Shown here in pieces: positions 29,622-38,784 of a stretch of 64,000 nt of DNA. A program made the translations under genes and the position numbers. The notes below the pieces were generated by a model. The model was not told where the DNA came from. It ran no database searches and saw only the letters and a program-made list of their open reading frames with translations. How positions within the stretch are numbered: position 1 is the stretch's first letter; the number at the start of each line of letters is the position of its first letter. The DNA is from an uncultured Nitrospiraceae bacterium. GTDB lineage: Bacteria; Nitrospirota; Thermodesulfovibrionia; Thermodesulfovibrionales; Dissulfurispiraceae. The DNA lies in NCBI GenBank assembly GCA_963705105.1, contig CAVPIW010000006.1:1048449-1112448 (forward strand). The letters run 5' to 3'.

Positions 29622-29904
29622 ACCTTTCTGCTGCATGAAAAGGCGGGGCGAAGCGCTCTGAAATACAGTGTCAGTGACAGTGTGAGTGTCAGCAAAAAGT
29701 TCACCTTTTTCAGCCGTCGGCCTGAAATAGCTTCATCGATGTCGGGCCGTTCGGGGAACGGCCCCTACAGAATTCCACTCTTTGTGTCATCGACCATTGG
29801 CGTATAGTTCATCTCTCGTTTTGATACAGGTGTCGCCGCATCAAGGTTTTCGGCGCATTCACCCCAGCCCCGCCTTTCCCGGGAGTGTATTGTACCGGTA
29901 AGGT
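29622..29904 (-). mobile_element. MITE-like element (long variant with internal GTAG hairpin), AA flanks
   Basis: Both termini present, hexamer tract, internal GTAGGGGCCGTTCCCCGAACGGCCC (minus strand). Confidence 0.85.
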
Positions 29905-29961
29905 AAACCCCGTCGTTTCATACACCCCTGGCCAAAAACAGCATACGGTGAGAGCTTGTAC

Positions 29962-30139
29962 GCGAGGATAGGATGTGGTTTCTAAAGCTAAATTCACGGG
30001 TAATGTGAACTGCGGAGTCGGAGGCGAATGCCGAAGCGGAAGCCGCACAGTGTGCCTGCGAAAATCGGTGTCTTCACAACAAGATTTGCGCAAGAGCGAA
30101 GGTAGTTTATTTTGCGAATAAATCATGCCCTATCCTCGC
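29962..30139. mobile_element. Second MITE-like family, 11-bp TIR GCGAGGATAGG, AC flanks
   Basis: GCGAGGATAGG (29962) ... CCTATCCTCGC (30139); one end recurs at 59533 (CGAGGATAGGGCATGAT). Confidence 0.6.
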
Positions 30140-30174
30140 ACCATGCTATTCTGCAGACCAGCAGGAAACAGACA

Positions 30175-30888
30175 CTATTGGTTGTTGCGCACATACAGCC
30201 TGCCGTCGACCATCTCGAGCACGCGGTGGCAGCGCCGCGAAAGGGACTCATTATGCGTCACAACGATGAAGGTGATCCCCCTGCTCTCGTTGATGCGCTT
30301 CATGAGCCGGAAGAGGTCCTCGCCCGTTGCGGTGTCGAGGTTGCCCGTCGGCTCATCGGCAAGGATGAGCTCCGGCTCCAGGAACAGGGCCCGCGCGACA
30401 GCCACTCGCTGCTGCTCTCCGCCGGACAGCTCACCGGGCTTGTGGTCCTTCCTGGCAAGCAGGCCGAGGTCACCGAGGAGCGTTTCGGCCCGCTCCTTCA
30501 GGGACGACGGACGTGCGCCCGCAGCGTCCCGGTGCTGAGACAGGAGCCCCGGCATCATGACGTTTTCGATGGCACTGAATTCGGGCAGGAGATAGTGGAA
30601 CTGGAAGACGAAGCCGATGACCCTGTTTCTGAAAAGGGCAAGGTCGCCGTTGCGGAGAGAAAAGGGATCAACGGGTTCCCCCTTATCACGGATTTTGAAT
30701 CTCACGCTTCCCGAGGTCGGCCGGTCGAGGGTCCCGAGAATGTGGAGAAGGGTGCTCTTGCCCGCGCCTGAGGCGCCGACGATGCTCACCATTTCGCCGT
30801 GCCTGAACCCTGCGTCGATGCCTTTCAGCACCTCCAGGTCACCGGCAGGGGTGGTGAAGGATTTTCTGAGGTTTTCAACGACAATCAA
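30175..30888 (-). CDS. lolD: Lipoprotein-releasing ABC transporter ATPase
   Basis: GASGAGKST, LSGGEQQRVA, ADEPTGNLD; downstream of lolE. Confidence 0.88.
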   Translation of the reverse strand: MIVVENLRKSFTTPAGDLEVLKGIDAGFRHGEMVSIVGASGAGKSTLLHILGTLDRPTSGSVRFKIRDKGEPVDPFSLRNGDLALFRNRVIGFVFQFHYLLPEFSAIENVMMPGLLSQHRDAAGARPSSLKERAETLLGDLGLLARKDHKPGELSGGEQQRVAVARALFLEPELILADEPTGNLDTATGEDLFRLMKRINESRGITFIVVTHNESLSRRCHRVLEMVDGRLYVRNNQ

Positions 30889-31142
30889 CTTCTGCCCTTG
30901 TCCCCGTACTGCTCATCTCTCGGACCGAATCTCCTGGCCAGGTTCTCCCTGATCCTGTCCGCCTTGTCTTTGAGTTCGTCAGCCTCCTGGGCGAGCTTTT
31001 CGATCCCCTTCTGCGCCGTGCCGCTCGTGAAGTCGGCGAGCCACCGGATCTTTTCTCCCCCACCCCAGATGGCGATAATGGTGAAAACAGCCCAGAAAAA
31101 GACCGCCCAACCGATGGTCGTTTTGAGAAATTTAAACATCAC
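30885..31142 (-). CDS. Small membrane protein with coiled-coil tail
   Basis: N-terminal TM; 4-bp overlaps with both neighbours. Confidence 0.7.
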   Translation of the reverse strand: MMFKFLKTTIGWAVFFWAVFTIIAIWGGGEKIRWLADFTSGTAQKGIEKLAQEADELKDKADRIRENLARRFGPRDEQYGDKGRS

Positions 31143-32368
31143 TCATACCTCAATGGTTCGACGGGATTGAGTTTCGCCGCGTGATATGAAGGGTACACGG
31201 TCGACAGAAAGCTGATGACGACGGCAGAGAGGGATACAACAACGAAATCGAAGACCTTCATCTTGACGGGCAGCTTGCTCAGGTAATAGACGTCGGCGGG
31301 CAGCTTGATGATCTCGTAATGATGGATCACCTTGCCCAGGACGTATCCCCCGGCGAGGCCGATCGATGTGCCGATCAGGCCGATCAGGAGCCCCTGGAGC
31401 ATGAAGATCATCATGATCCCCCTGCTCGTTGCGCCCATGGCCTTCAAGATGGCGATCTCCCTCTGCTTTTCCATGACATTCATCATCAGGGTGCTGACGA
31501 TATTGAAGGATGCGACGAGGACGATCAGGATCAGGATGACGAACATGGCGAACTTTTCCAGTTTCAGGGCTGAAAAGAGGTTCCGGTTCATCTGCATCCA
31601 GTCTCTCGCGTAATAAGGCGGCGACAGTTTCGCGTTCAGCCTCTCCCGCAGCTCCGACGCGCGGTAGATATCGTCGATCCGGAGCTGGATGCCCGTCACC
31701 GTTGAGCCTATGCCGAAGAACTCCTGGGCCGAGGCCATATCCGTGATCACGAGATTCGAATCGTACTCGAACATTCCCATTTCAAATATCGCTGCTACCT
31801 TGAACTGTCTCACCCTGGGCAGCATCCCCAGTGGTCCCATCTCACCCATCGGGGAGAGCACGTTGACGGTATCGCCGACCATGACACCAAGGTTACCGGA
31901 CAGTTCAGTCCCTATGATTATTTTCGGCGTTCCGTCCTTTTTTATGAAGTCTTCGTATTTTCCCTCACGCAGGTGTTTTAAAATGTCCGTCGTCGCAAGC
32001 TCCGTGGAGGGGTCGATCCCCCTCAGATATGCGCCGTGCGCCCTCTTGCCTGCCGACACCATGGCCTGGCCGAGGACGAAGGGCGACAGGGACACGATGT
32101 GAGGTTCTCCCCGCAGCTTTTCAATAAGGGCGCCGTGATTCTCGATGCCGCCCCGAAAGCTCAGAACGACGGCATGGGCATTGGCGCCGAGGATCTTCTT
32201 CTGGAGGTCTTCGTGAAACCCGCTCATGACGGAGAGGACGACGAGGAGCGCCATCACGCCGACAGCGACGCCGCCGACGGAGACGACGGTATTGAACGAC
32301 ACCCCCCGGTGCCGCTTCTTTGCCTTCAGGTAGCGCAGGGCGATCAGCAACTGGTAGGGAAGCTGCAT
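31139..32368 (-). CDS. lolE: Lipoprotein-releasing ABC permease LolC/E
   Basis: ALRYLK, VLSVMSGF, NRNLFSALKLEK, PVEPLRYE. Confidence 0.9.
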   Translation of the reverse strand: MQLPYQLLIALRYLKAKKRHRGVSFNTVVSVGGVAVGVMALLVVLSVMSGFHEDLQKKILGANAHAVVLSFRGGIENHGALIEKLRGEPHIVSLSPFVLGQAMVSAGKRAHGAYLRGIDPSTELATTDILKHLREGKYEDFIKKDGTPKIIIGTELSGNLGVMVGDTVNVLSPMGEMGPLGMLPRVRQFKVAAIFEMGMFEYDSNLVITDMASAQEFFGIGSTVTGIQLRIDDIYRASELRERLNAKLSPPYYARDWMQMNRNLFSALKLEKFAMFVILILIVLVASFNIVSTLMMNVMEKQREIAILKAMGATSRGIMMIFMLQGLLIGLIGTSIGLAGGYVLGKVIHHYEIIKLPADVYYLSKLPVKMKVFDFVVVSLSAVVISFLSTVYPSYHAAKLNPVEPLRYE

Positions 32369-32374
32369 CGGGCC

Positions 32375-33850
32375 TTACTGTTCAGGCTTGAGCTGGGGAA
32401 AAAGGATGACGTCCCTGATGGAGAGGGAATTCGTGAGGAGCATGACGAGGCGGTCGATGCCGATTCCCTCTCCGGCAGCGGGAGGCATGCCGTATTCGAG
32501 GGCCCGGACGAAGTCGTCGTCCATCCAGTGGGCCTCTTCATCGCCCTTCTGCTTCTCCTCCACCTGCTTCTGGAACCGGGACCGCTGATCGATGGGGTCG
32601 ATGAGCTCGGAAAAGGCGTTGGCGATCTCGCGGGAGGCGATGAACAGCTCGAAGCGCTCGACGAGACCGGGATTGTCCGGTTTCCGCTTGGCAAGGGGCG
32701 AAAGCTCGACGGGATAGTCGATGATGAACGTGGGCTGAACGAGACCAGGCTCGACGACCTCCTTGAAGATCTCGTCGAGGATCTTCCCGTGGGAGGCCGT
32801 TTTGGGCAGATCGATCTTCTTTTGCCGGGCCCACTCCGCGGCCTGCTCCCTATCCTTCATAACGGCTTCCGGCACCCCCGCGGAGGCGAGCGCTTCGAGC
32901 ATGGGGACCCGGGGCCACGGCGGGGCCAGGTCTATCTCGAGGTCACCGAATGCCACTTTGCGGGACCCGAGGACCTTGGCCGCGATGTACAGGAACAGCT
33001 CCTCGGTGAGGTCCATCAGGAAGTGATAGTCCTTGTATGCCACGTAAAACTCGAGCATCGTGAATTCAGGGTTGTGCCGCGTCGATATGCCCTCGTTCCT
33101 GAAGTTCTTGTTGAGCTCGTACACGCGCTCGTAGCCGCCGACGAGAAGACGCTTCAGGTACAACTCCGGGGCGATCCTCAGGTAAAGGTCGATTCCGAGG
33201 GCATTGTGGTGGGTCTTAAAGGGACGGGCCGTGGCGCCGCCCGGTATCTGGTGCATCATCGGCGTCTCCACTTCAATGAAGCCCTTCGACTCGAGGAAAT
33301 CCCTGATGCCCTTTATGATGGCGCTCCTCTTGGCGAAGATCTCCTTCACCTGGGGATTGACGATAAGGTCCACATATCGCTGCCTGTACCTCAGCTCGAT
33401 GTCCCGCAGGCCATGCCATTTCTCGGGCAGGGGCCTCAGGGACTTGCTCAGGAGGGTGAAATCGAAGACCTCGATGGTCAATTCATTCGTCTTCGTCCGG
33501 AAGAGTTTCCCCCTGACGCCGACGATATCGCCGATGTCGAGCTTCCTGACGAGGGCATATTTTTCGCCCAGGACGTCCCTCTTGAGGTAGACCTGGATCT
33601 TTCCCGTCGCATCCTGTATATGGGCGAACGTGGCCTTGCCGAAACTCCTCAGGGCGATGACCCTGCCGGCGACGGACGCGGAGATGTCTTTCTGCTCCAG
33701 TTCCTCCTGCGATCGTCCCTCATACGTCTCAAGGAGGGCGCCGGCATTCGCGTCCTGCTCGAATCGCCCCTGGTACGGCTCGATGCCGGCATCGCGGAGT
33801 TCCGACAGTTTCTTCAACCGCTGTTCGATAAGCTCGTTCGTTTCTTCCAT
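32375..33850 (-). CDS. lysS: Lysyl-tRNA synthetase (class II)
   Basis: RYRQRYVDL, LRIAPELYLKRL, HNPEFT, YGMPP; likely start MEETNE at 33850. Confidence 0.96.
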   Translation of the reverse strand: MEETNELIEQRLKKLSELRDAGIEPYQGRFEQDANAGALLETYEGRSQEELEQKDISASVAGRVIALRSFGKATFAHIQDATGKIQVYLKRDVLGEKYALVRKLDIGDIVGVRGKLFRTKTNELTIEVFDFTLLSKSLRPLPEKWHGLRDIELRYRQRYVDLIVNPQVKEIFAKRSAIIKGIRDFLESKGFIEVETPMMHQIPGGATARPFKTHHNALGIDLYLRIAPELYLKRLLVGGYERVYELNKNFRNEGISTRHNPEFTMLEFYVAYKDYHFLMDLTEELFLYIAAKVLGSRKVAFGDLEIDLAPPWPRVPMLEALASAGVPEAVMKDREQAAEWARQKKIDLPKTASHGKILDEIFKEVVEPGLVQPTFIIDYPVELSPLAKRKPDNPGLVERFELFIASREIANAFSELIDPIDQRSRFQKQVEEKQKGDEEAHWMDDDFVRALEYGMPPAAGEGIGIDRLVMLLTNSLSIRDVILFPQLKPEQ

Positions 33851-33969
33851 AAACGTTAAGTATACCGGCCCGGAATTTGGGAAGTCAACGAATGTTGAGG
33901 AGACAACATAGAATGACGTTATTCTCACGCAAAGTCGTATAGCACTCAAAGAACGACAGAAAAGAATAG

Positions 33970-34093
33970 ACCGTCCCTGGAGATGTCTCATCATCGCATG
34001 GAAGGCTTTGAACCAATTTGCCTTCCCGGATGAAGCGTCGCATTCAGCCAGGCTCTGAGACGCTCCATCCCGCCTTTCCATGCAGCAATAGGT
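33970..34093 (+). mobile_element. MITE-like element (C-left/B-right, degenerate)
   Basis: GATGTCTCATCATCGCATGGAAGGCTTTGAACCA..CCCGCCTTTCCATGCAGCAATAGGT. Confidence 0.6.
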
Positions 34094-34179
34094 GAAATAT
34101 TATGACGACGGTTGTTATCTATGCTAAAATGTGAGACGACATAATCGTTAAAATCCTATATAACCAGGGAAAGACAGCA

Positions 34180-35700
34180 ATGAAAAGAGTTTTTCCGCCG
34201 TCATTCTACAATATGACAACCCTTTCCGGTTCCGCGATCGCAGTGCTGAGCCTCATGATCATCTTCTTCCTCATGCTCCTCGAGACCTTCGCCGGCCACC
34301 AGAAACCATACATGGGCATCATCGCCTTCGTCATCATGCCGGCATTCCTCATCCTCGGACTCCTGCTCATCGCCGTCGGCATCGTGCGTGAGCACCGGCG
34401 GGAGGTGCGGGAGGGAGACAGGGAACCTCACCTGCCCCGGATTAACCTGAACGACCCCCGTCACCGGAAGGCATTCATCGTCTTTTCCGTCAGCAGCGTT
34501 CTCCTCCTTGCATTCACCGCCTTCGGGAGTTTCAAGGCCTATGAATATACCGATTCAGACCAGTTCTGCGGGCAGATGTGTCACAAGGTCATGGGACCGG
34601 AATTCACCGCCTACTCATTCTCACCGCACGCCCAGGTCGGCTGCGTCCAGTGCCATATCGGTCCCGGCGCCGACTGGTTCGTCCGGTCCAAGATATCGGG
34701 GTCATACCAGATGTATGCAACCCTCATGAACAAGTACCCCCGGCCGATCCCCGCACCCATCGAAAACCTGCGCCCCGCCCAGGACACCTGTGAACAGTGC
34801 CACTGGCCGAGGCACTTTTACAGCGAAAAACTTCAGCAGAACACCTACTATGTCTCCGACAAGAACAATACGAAGTGGTCGCTCCGTCTCCTCATCAAGA
34901 TCGGCGGCGGCAACATCGAGGTCGGACCGACGTCAGGGATCCACTGGCACATGAACATAGCCAACGAGATCACCTACGGGGCGAAAGACCCCAAGAGGAT
35001 GGTCATCCCCTGGGTCAAAGTGAAGAGAAGTGACGGGACGGAGCGGGTCTACCGCAGCTCCGACGTAAAAGCGAGCGAGGAGGAGATCACCAAGGGGCCG
35101 AAGCGGCGCATGGACTGCATCGATTGCCACAACCGCCCCACCCACATCTACCATCCCGCGGCCCGTTCGGTCAATCACCTCATGTCCCTCGGCTGGATCG
35201 ACCCGGAACTCCCCTTCATCAAAAAAGTCTCCATCGAGGCCCTCGAGGCCCCCTATGAATCGACCAATGCGGGTCTCAGCGGGATTAAACGCGCTGTCGA
35301 GGAATTCTACGGTAAGGAGTACCCGGACCTGGCCGTCCGCAAGAAAGAGCAAATCCAGAGGGCCGTCTCCGAGCTGCAGACGATATACAGCCGCAATTAT
35401 TTTCCCTACATGAAAGTGGACTGGAAGAGATTCCCGAACCATATCGGTCATCTCTATTCTCCGGGATGTTTCCGCTGTCATGACGGAAAGCATGTGAGCG
35501 ACGACGGAAAGGTTCTCTCGACGGACTGCAACGTCTGCCACACCATCATGGCCCAGCAGTTTCCGGGAGAAGAGGCACAGTTCTCCCGGACCGGTCTCGA
35601 TTACCGCCACCCTGTCGACATCGGCAAAGCCTGGATGGACAGGAAGTGTTCGGACTGTCATGGCGGGGCTCCCTTGACAGCAAAAAAAGAGATCCATTAA
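34180..35700 (+). CDS. Membrane-anchored heptaheme cytochrome c, NapC/NirT-related, ImcH-like
   Basis: Three N-terminal TMs; CGQMCH (CX3CH) plus CVQCH, CEQCH, CIDCH, CFRCH, CNVCH, CSDCH. Confidence 0.85.
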   Translation: MKRVFPPSFYNMTTLSGSAIAVLSLMIIFFLMLLETFAGHQKPYMGIIAFVIMPAFLILGLLLIAVGIVREHRREVREGDREPHLPRINLNDPRHRKAFIVFSVSSVLLLAFTAFGSFKAYEYTDSDQFCGQMCHKVMGPEFTAYSFSPHAQVGCVQCHIGPGADWFVRSKISGSYQMYATLMNKYPRPIPAPIENLRPAQDTCEQCHWPRHFYSEKLQQNTYYVSDKNNTKWSLRLLIKIGGGNIEVGPTSGIHWHMNIANEITYGAKDPKRMVIPWVKVKRSDGTERVYRSSDVKASEEEITKGPKRRMDCIDCHNRPTHIYHPAARSVNHLMSLGWIDPELPFIKKVSIEALEAPYESTNAGLSGIKRAVEEFYGKEYPDLAVRKKEQIQRAVSELQTIYSRNYFPYMKVDWKRFPNHIGHLYSPGCFRCHDGKHVSDDGKVLSTDCNVCHTIMAQQFPGEEAQFSRTGLDYRHPVDIGKAWMDRKCSDCHGGAPLTAKKEIH

Positions 35701-35711
35701 ATTATAAAGTT

Positions 35712-36455
35712 ATGCGCAGACCACTTATTGCCGCAAATTGGAAGATGCACAAAACGGCCGGTGAAACGAAGGATTTCATCGGGGAATTCCTGCCTCTTGT
35801 GCGGGATGCCCGTGATGTCGATATCGTCATAGCGCCGCCCTTTACGTCTCTCCCGGCTGCGTCGGCAATGCTGAAGGACACACCCGTCCATCTCTGCGCC
35901 CAGGACGTCTTCTCCGAGGACAAGGGCGCTTATACGGGTGAGATTTCGCCGCTCATGCTGACGGACCTCGGCTGTACATTCGTCATCATCGGCCATTCCG
36001 AGAGGCGCCAGTACTTCCACGAGACGGACCAGTCCGCCAACAGGAAGATCGGCGCGTCGCGGAACCACAATCTCCGGGTCATCCTCTGCATCGGCGAACT
36101 CCTGGAAGAGCGGGAGGCAGGCAGGACATACGACGTCCTCAGGAGGCAACTCGACGAGGGGTTGACCGGAATCTCACTGGACGGCATCGTCATTGCCTAT
36201 GAGCCGGTCTGGGCGATCGGCACGGGCAAAACAGCGACGACTGACCAGGCCCAGGAAGCGCACCGTTTCATCCGGGACCATCTCGCCGCTCACTACGGCG
36301 AGACGGCAGCAGAAGTACGCGTACTGTACGGAGGAAGTGTCACACCCGACAATATATCGTCGCTCATGAGCTGCGCCGATGTGGACGGCGCTCTCGTCGG
36401 TGGAGCGAGCCTGAAGGCCGACAGCTTCTCCCGGATCGTCAGATTCGGCAAATGA
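35712..36455 (+). CDS. tpiA: Triosephosphate isomerase
   Basis: AANWKM, IGHSERR, AYEPVWAIGTG, LVGGASL. Confidence 0.97.
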   Translation: MRRPLIAANWKMHKTAGETKDFIGEFLPLVRDARDVDIVIAPPFTSLPAASAMLKDTPVHLCAQDVFSEDKGAYTGEISPLMLTDLGCTFVIIGHSERRQYFHETDQSANRKIGASRNHNLRVILCIGELLEEREAGRTYDVLRRQLDEGLTGISLDGIVIAYEPVWAIGTGKTATTDQAQEAHRFIRDHLAAHYGETAAEVRVLYGGSVTPDNISSLMSCADVDGALVGGASLKADSFSRIVRFGK

Positions 36456-36494
36456 CGCCGGCCAGCCTATCAAGACAGTAACAAGGAGGCTTTT

Positions 36495-36857
36495 GTGGCT
36501 CAAATCATTCTCATGGTTCTGCATGTGCTTGCATGCCTGTTCCTCATCCTCATCGTCCTGCTTCAGAGCGGAAAGGGCGCGGAAATGGGCGCCGCCTTCG
36601 GCGGATCGAGCCAGACCCTTTTCGGCAGCAGGGGAGCGGCGACCTTCCTCAACAAACTGACGACCGTCGCCGCCGTCGTGTTCATGCTCACCTCCCTCAC
36701 CCTTGCCATGATCACAAGCAAGGGGAGTTCCGTTATCCAGCAGGTACCGGTTGAACAGGCCGTACCCCAGAAAACACCTCAGCAGGTGCCGCTCCAGCCC
36801 CAGCAGACGGCGCCACAGGCACCCCAGCAGGCGCCGCAGCAACCGCCGGGCAAATAA
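36495..36857 (+). CDS. secG: Preprotein translocase SecG
   Basis: VLLQSGKGAEMGAAFGG, LFGSRGA; Q/P-rich tail. Confidence 0.95.
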   Translation: MAQIILMVLHVLACLFLILIVLLQSGKGAEMGAAFGGSSQTLFGSRGAATFLNKLTTVAAVVFMLTSLTLAMITSKGSSVIQQVPVEQAVPQKTPQQVPLQPQQTAPQAPQQAPQQPPGK

Positions 36858-37059
36858 ACTTATCGTTGCATATGCGTTGCGGAAAGGCGGGGCTGGGGTG
36901 AATGCGCTGAAAACCTTGCTGCGGCAACACCTGTATCGTCACAATAGACAGCGTTTCAGAACGATATCTGAAAAAATGAGCCTTTCCCCTGACACTCACA
37001 CTGTCACTGACACTAATTTTAGAGGCGCTTCACCCCGCCTTTTCATACAACGACAAGGT
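36857..37059 (+). mobile_element. MITE-like element (A/A)
   Basis: AACTTATCGTTGCA...CACCCCGCCTTTTCATACAACGACAAGGT. Confidence 0.85.
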
Positions 37060-37098
37060 AATCCGTTGCTGAAACGGGAAGTCGATAAGGAGGGCGAC

Positions 37099-38739
37099 GT
37101 GAGGAATTCACCGGCGCCCTTCGCCATTTTTTCCCCCCGCCGTTCTGCATCCCGTGCCCCCATTCCCGTGTTGCTCCTCCTCCTGCTCGCATTGACAGGG
37201 GGGTGCGCTCGGGAGCCCGAGGTCAAATATCCCGATACGATCACTATCGGGTTTCTGGCCGACGCGAAGCGTCTCCTCCCCCTGCTCGCCTCGGACAGCG
37301 CATCCGGTGAGATCAGCGGTCAGATCTTCCAGGGGCTCACGAAATATGACAGGGACATCAGGATCACCGGCGAGCTCGCCGAGTCCTGGGACATCAGTCC
37401 TGACGGACTCGCCATCACCTTTCATCTCCGCCGGGGCGTGAAATGGCACGACGGTGAAGAATTCACCGCCGACGACGTTCTGTTTACCTACGAGACAGTG
37501 ACGAACCCGAAGATTCCCACTCCATACAGCAGCAACTACGGGCCCGTCGACAGGGTCGAAGCCGTCGACCGTTATACGGTCCGCGTCAGGTACCAGAAGC
37601 CCTATGCCCCGGCCCTTGAATCGTGGGGCATGGGTATACTGCCGAAGCACGTCCTCGCGGGGAAAGATATCACGTCTCCCGAGATCAACCGGAACCCCGT
37701 CGGCACAGGGCCATACCGCCTGAAGGAATGGGTGACAGGCCAGAAAATCGTCCTCGACGCCTCTGAGGATTATTACGAGGGGAGACCCGGGGTAAACCGC
37801 TTTCTCGCGAGGATCATCCCCGATACGGCAACGATGTTCCTCGAGCTGAAATTCGGGGGAATCGATTTCATGGGCATCACTCCTCCTCAATACAAGCTCC
37901 AGGCCCAGACGGACTTCTTCAACCGTTACTTTCAGAAATTCCGTTACCCATCCTTCGGATACACGTATCTCGGGTACAACCTCCTCAATCCCCTCTTCGC
38001 GGACCGCCGGGTGCGCCAGGCCCTCGCGCACGGGATCAACAAGCGCGAGCTCATCGCCGGCGTTCTCCTCGGATACGGCATGCCCTGCACGGGGCCGTTC
38101 CCGCCCGAATCCTGGGCCTTCAACCCGAACGTCAAGGATCACGGGTACAACCCCGAAAGGGCACTGGAACTCCTCGCCGAGGCGGGATGGACGAAAAATG
38201 CGGCCGGCCGTCTCGAAAAAAACGGCAGGCCCCTTGCCTTCACGGTCCTGGTCAACCAGGGGAACGAGGCAAGAATGAAGTCGGCGCAGATCATCAAGGA
38301 ACAGCTCCGGAGGATCGGCATCGACATGACGATCAAGGTGCTCGAGTGGCAGGCCCTCCTGCACGAGTTCATCAACAAGAGGCGCTTCGAGGCGGTGATT
38401 ATGGGATGGGCGCTCTCGCGGGACCCCGATATCCATGACATATGGCACTCCTCAAAGACGAAAGAGGGAGAATTCAACTTCATCTCCTACAGGAACGACG
38501 AGGTCGACAGGCTCCTCATAGAGGGGCGGGAGACCTTCGACATCGAAAAAAGGAGGAGGATCTATCACCGGATCCACGAAATCCTCGCTGAAGATCAGCC
38601 CTGCACGTTCCTGTACGTGCCCGACGCCCTCCCCGTGCTCCACAAGCGCTTCAAGGGTGTCGAGAAGGCGCCCATCGGGATCTGGCACGACTTTGTCCGC
38701 TGGCATGTGCCGAAGAGCAGGGCTGAATGGTACCAGTGA
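37099..38739 (+). CDS. ABC transporter peptide-binding lipoprotein (SBP family 5)
   Basis: Lipobox LTGGC, LAESWD, KWHDGEEFTADDV, PVGTGPY; RBS AAGGAGG then GTG 37099. Confidence 0.9.
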   Translation: MRNSPAPFAIFSPRRSASRAPIPVLLLLLLALTGGCAREPEVKYPDTITIGFLADAKRLLPLLASDSASGEISGQIFQGLTKYDRDIRITGELAESWDISPDGLAITFHLRRGVKWHDGEEFTADDVLFTYETVTNPKIPTPYSSNYGPVDRVEAVDRYTVRVRYQKPYAPALESWGMGILPKHVLAGKDITSPEINRNPVGTGPYRLKEWVTGQKIVLDASEDYYEGRPGVNRFLARIIPDTATMFLELKFGGIDFMGITPPQYKLQAQTDFFNRYFQKFRYPSFGYTYLGYNLLNPLFADRRVRQALAHGINKRELIAGVLLGYGMPCTGPFPPESWAFNPNVKDHGYNPERALELLAEAGWTKNAAGRLEKNGRPLAFTVLVNQGNEARMKSAQIIKEQLRRIGIDMTIKVLEWQALLHEFINKRRFEAVIMGWALSRDPDIHDIWHSSKTKEGEFNFISYRNDEVDRLLIEGRETFDIEKRRRIYHRIHEILAEDQPCTFLYVPDALPVLHKRFKGVEKAPIGIWHDFVRWHVPKSRAEWYQ

Positions 38740-38784
38740 AACGACGGGGCACTGTCCGCCCCTCGAACCCTCCTGCCTGATGCC

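Noticed and set aside
36751..37098. N-terminal extension of the ABC binding protein
   Set aside because: Chance read-through of the secG tail and a MITE; RBS and lipoprotein signal point to 37099.
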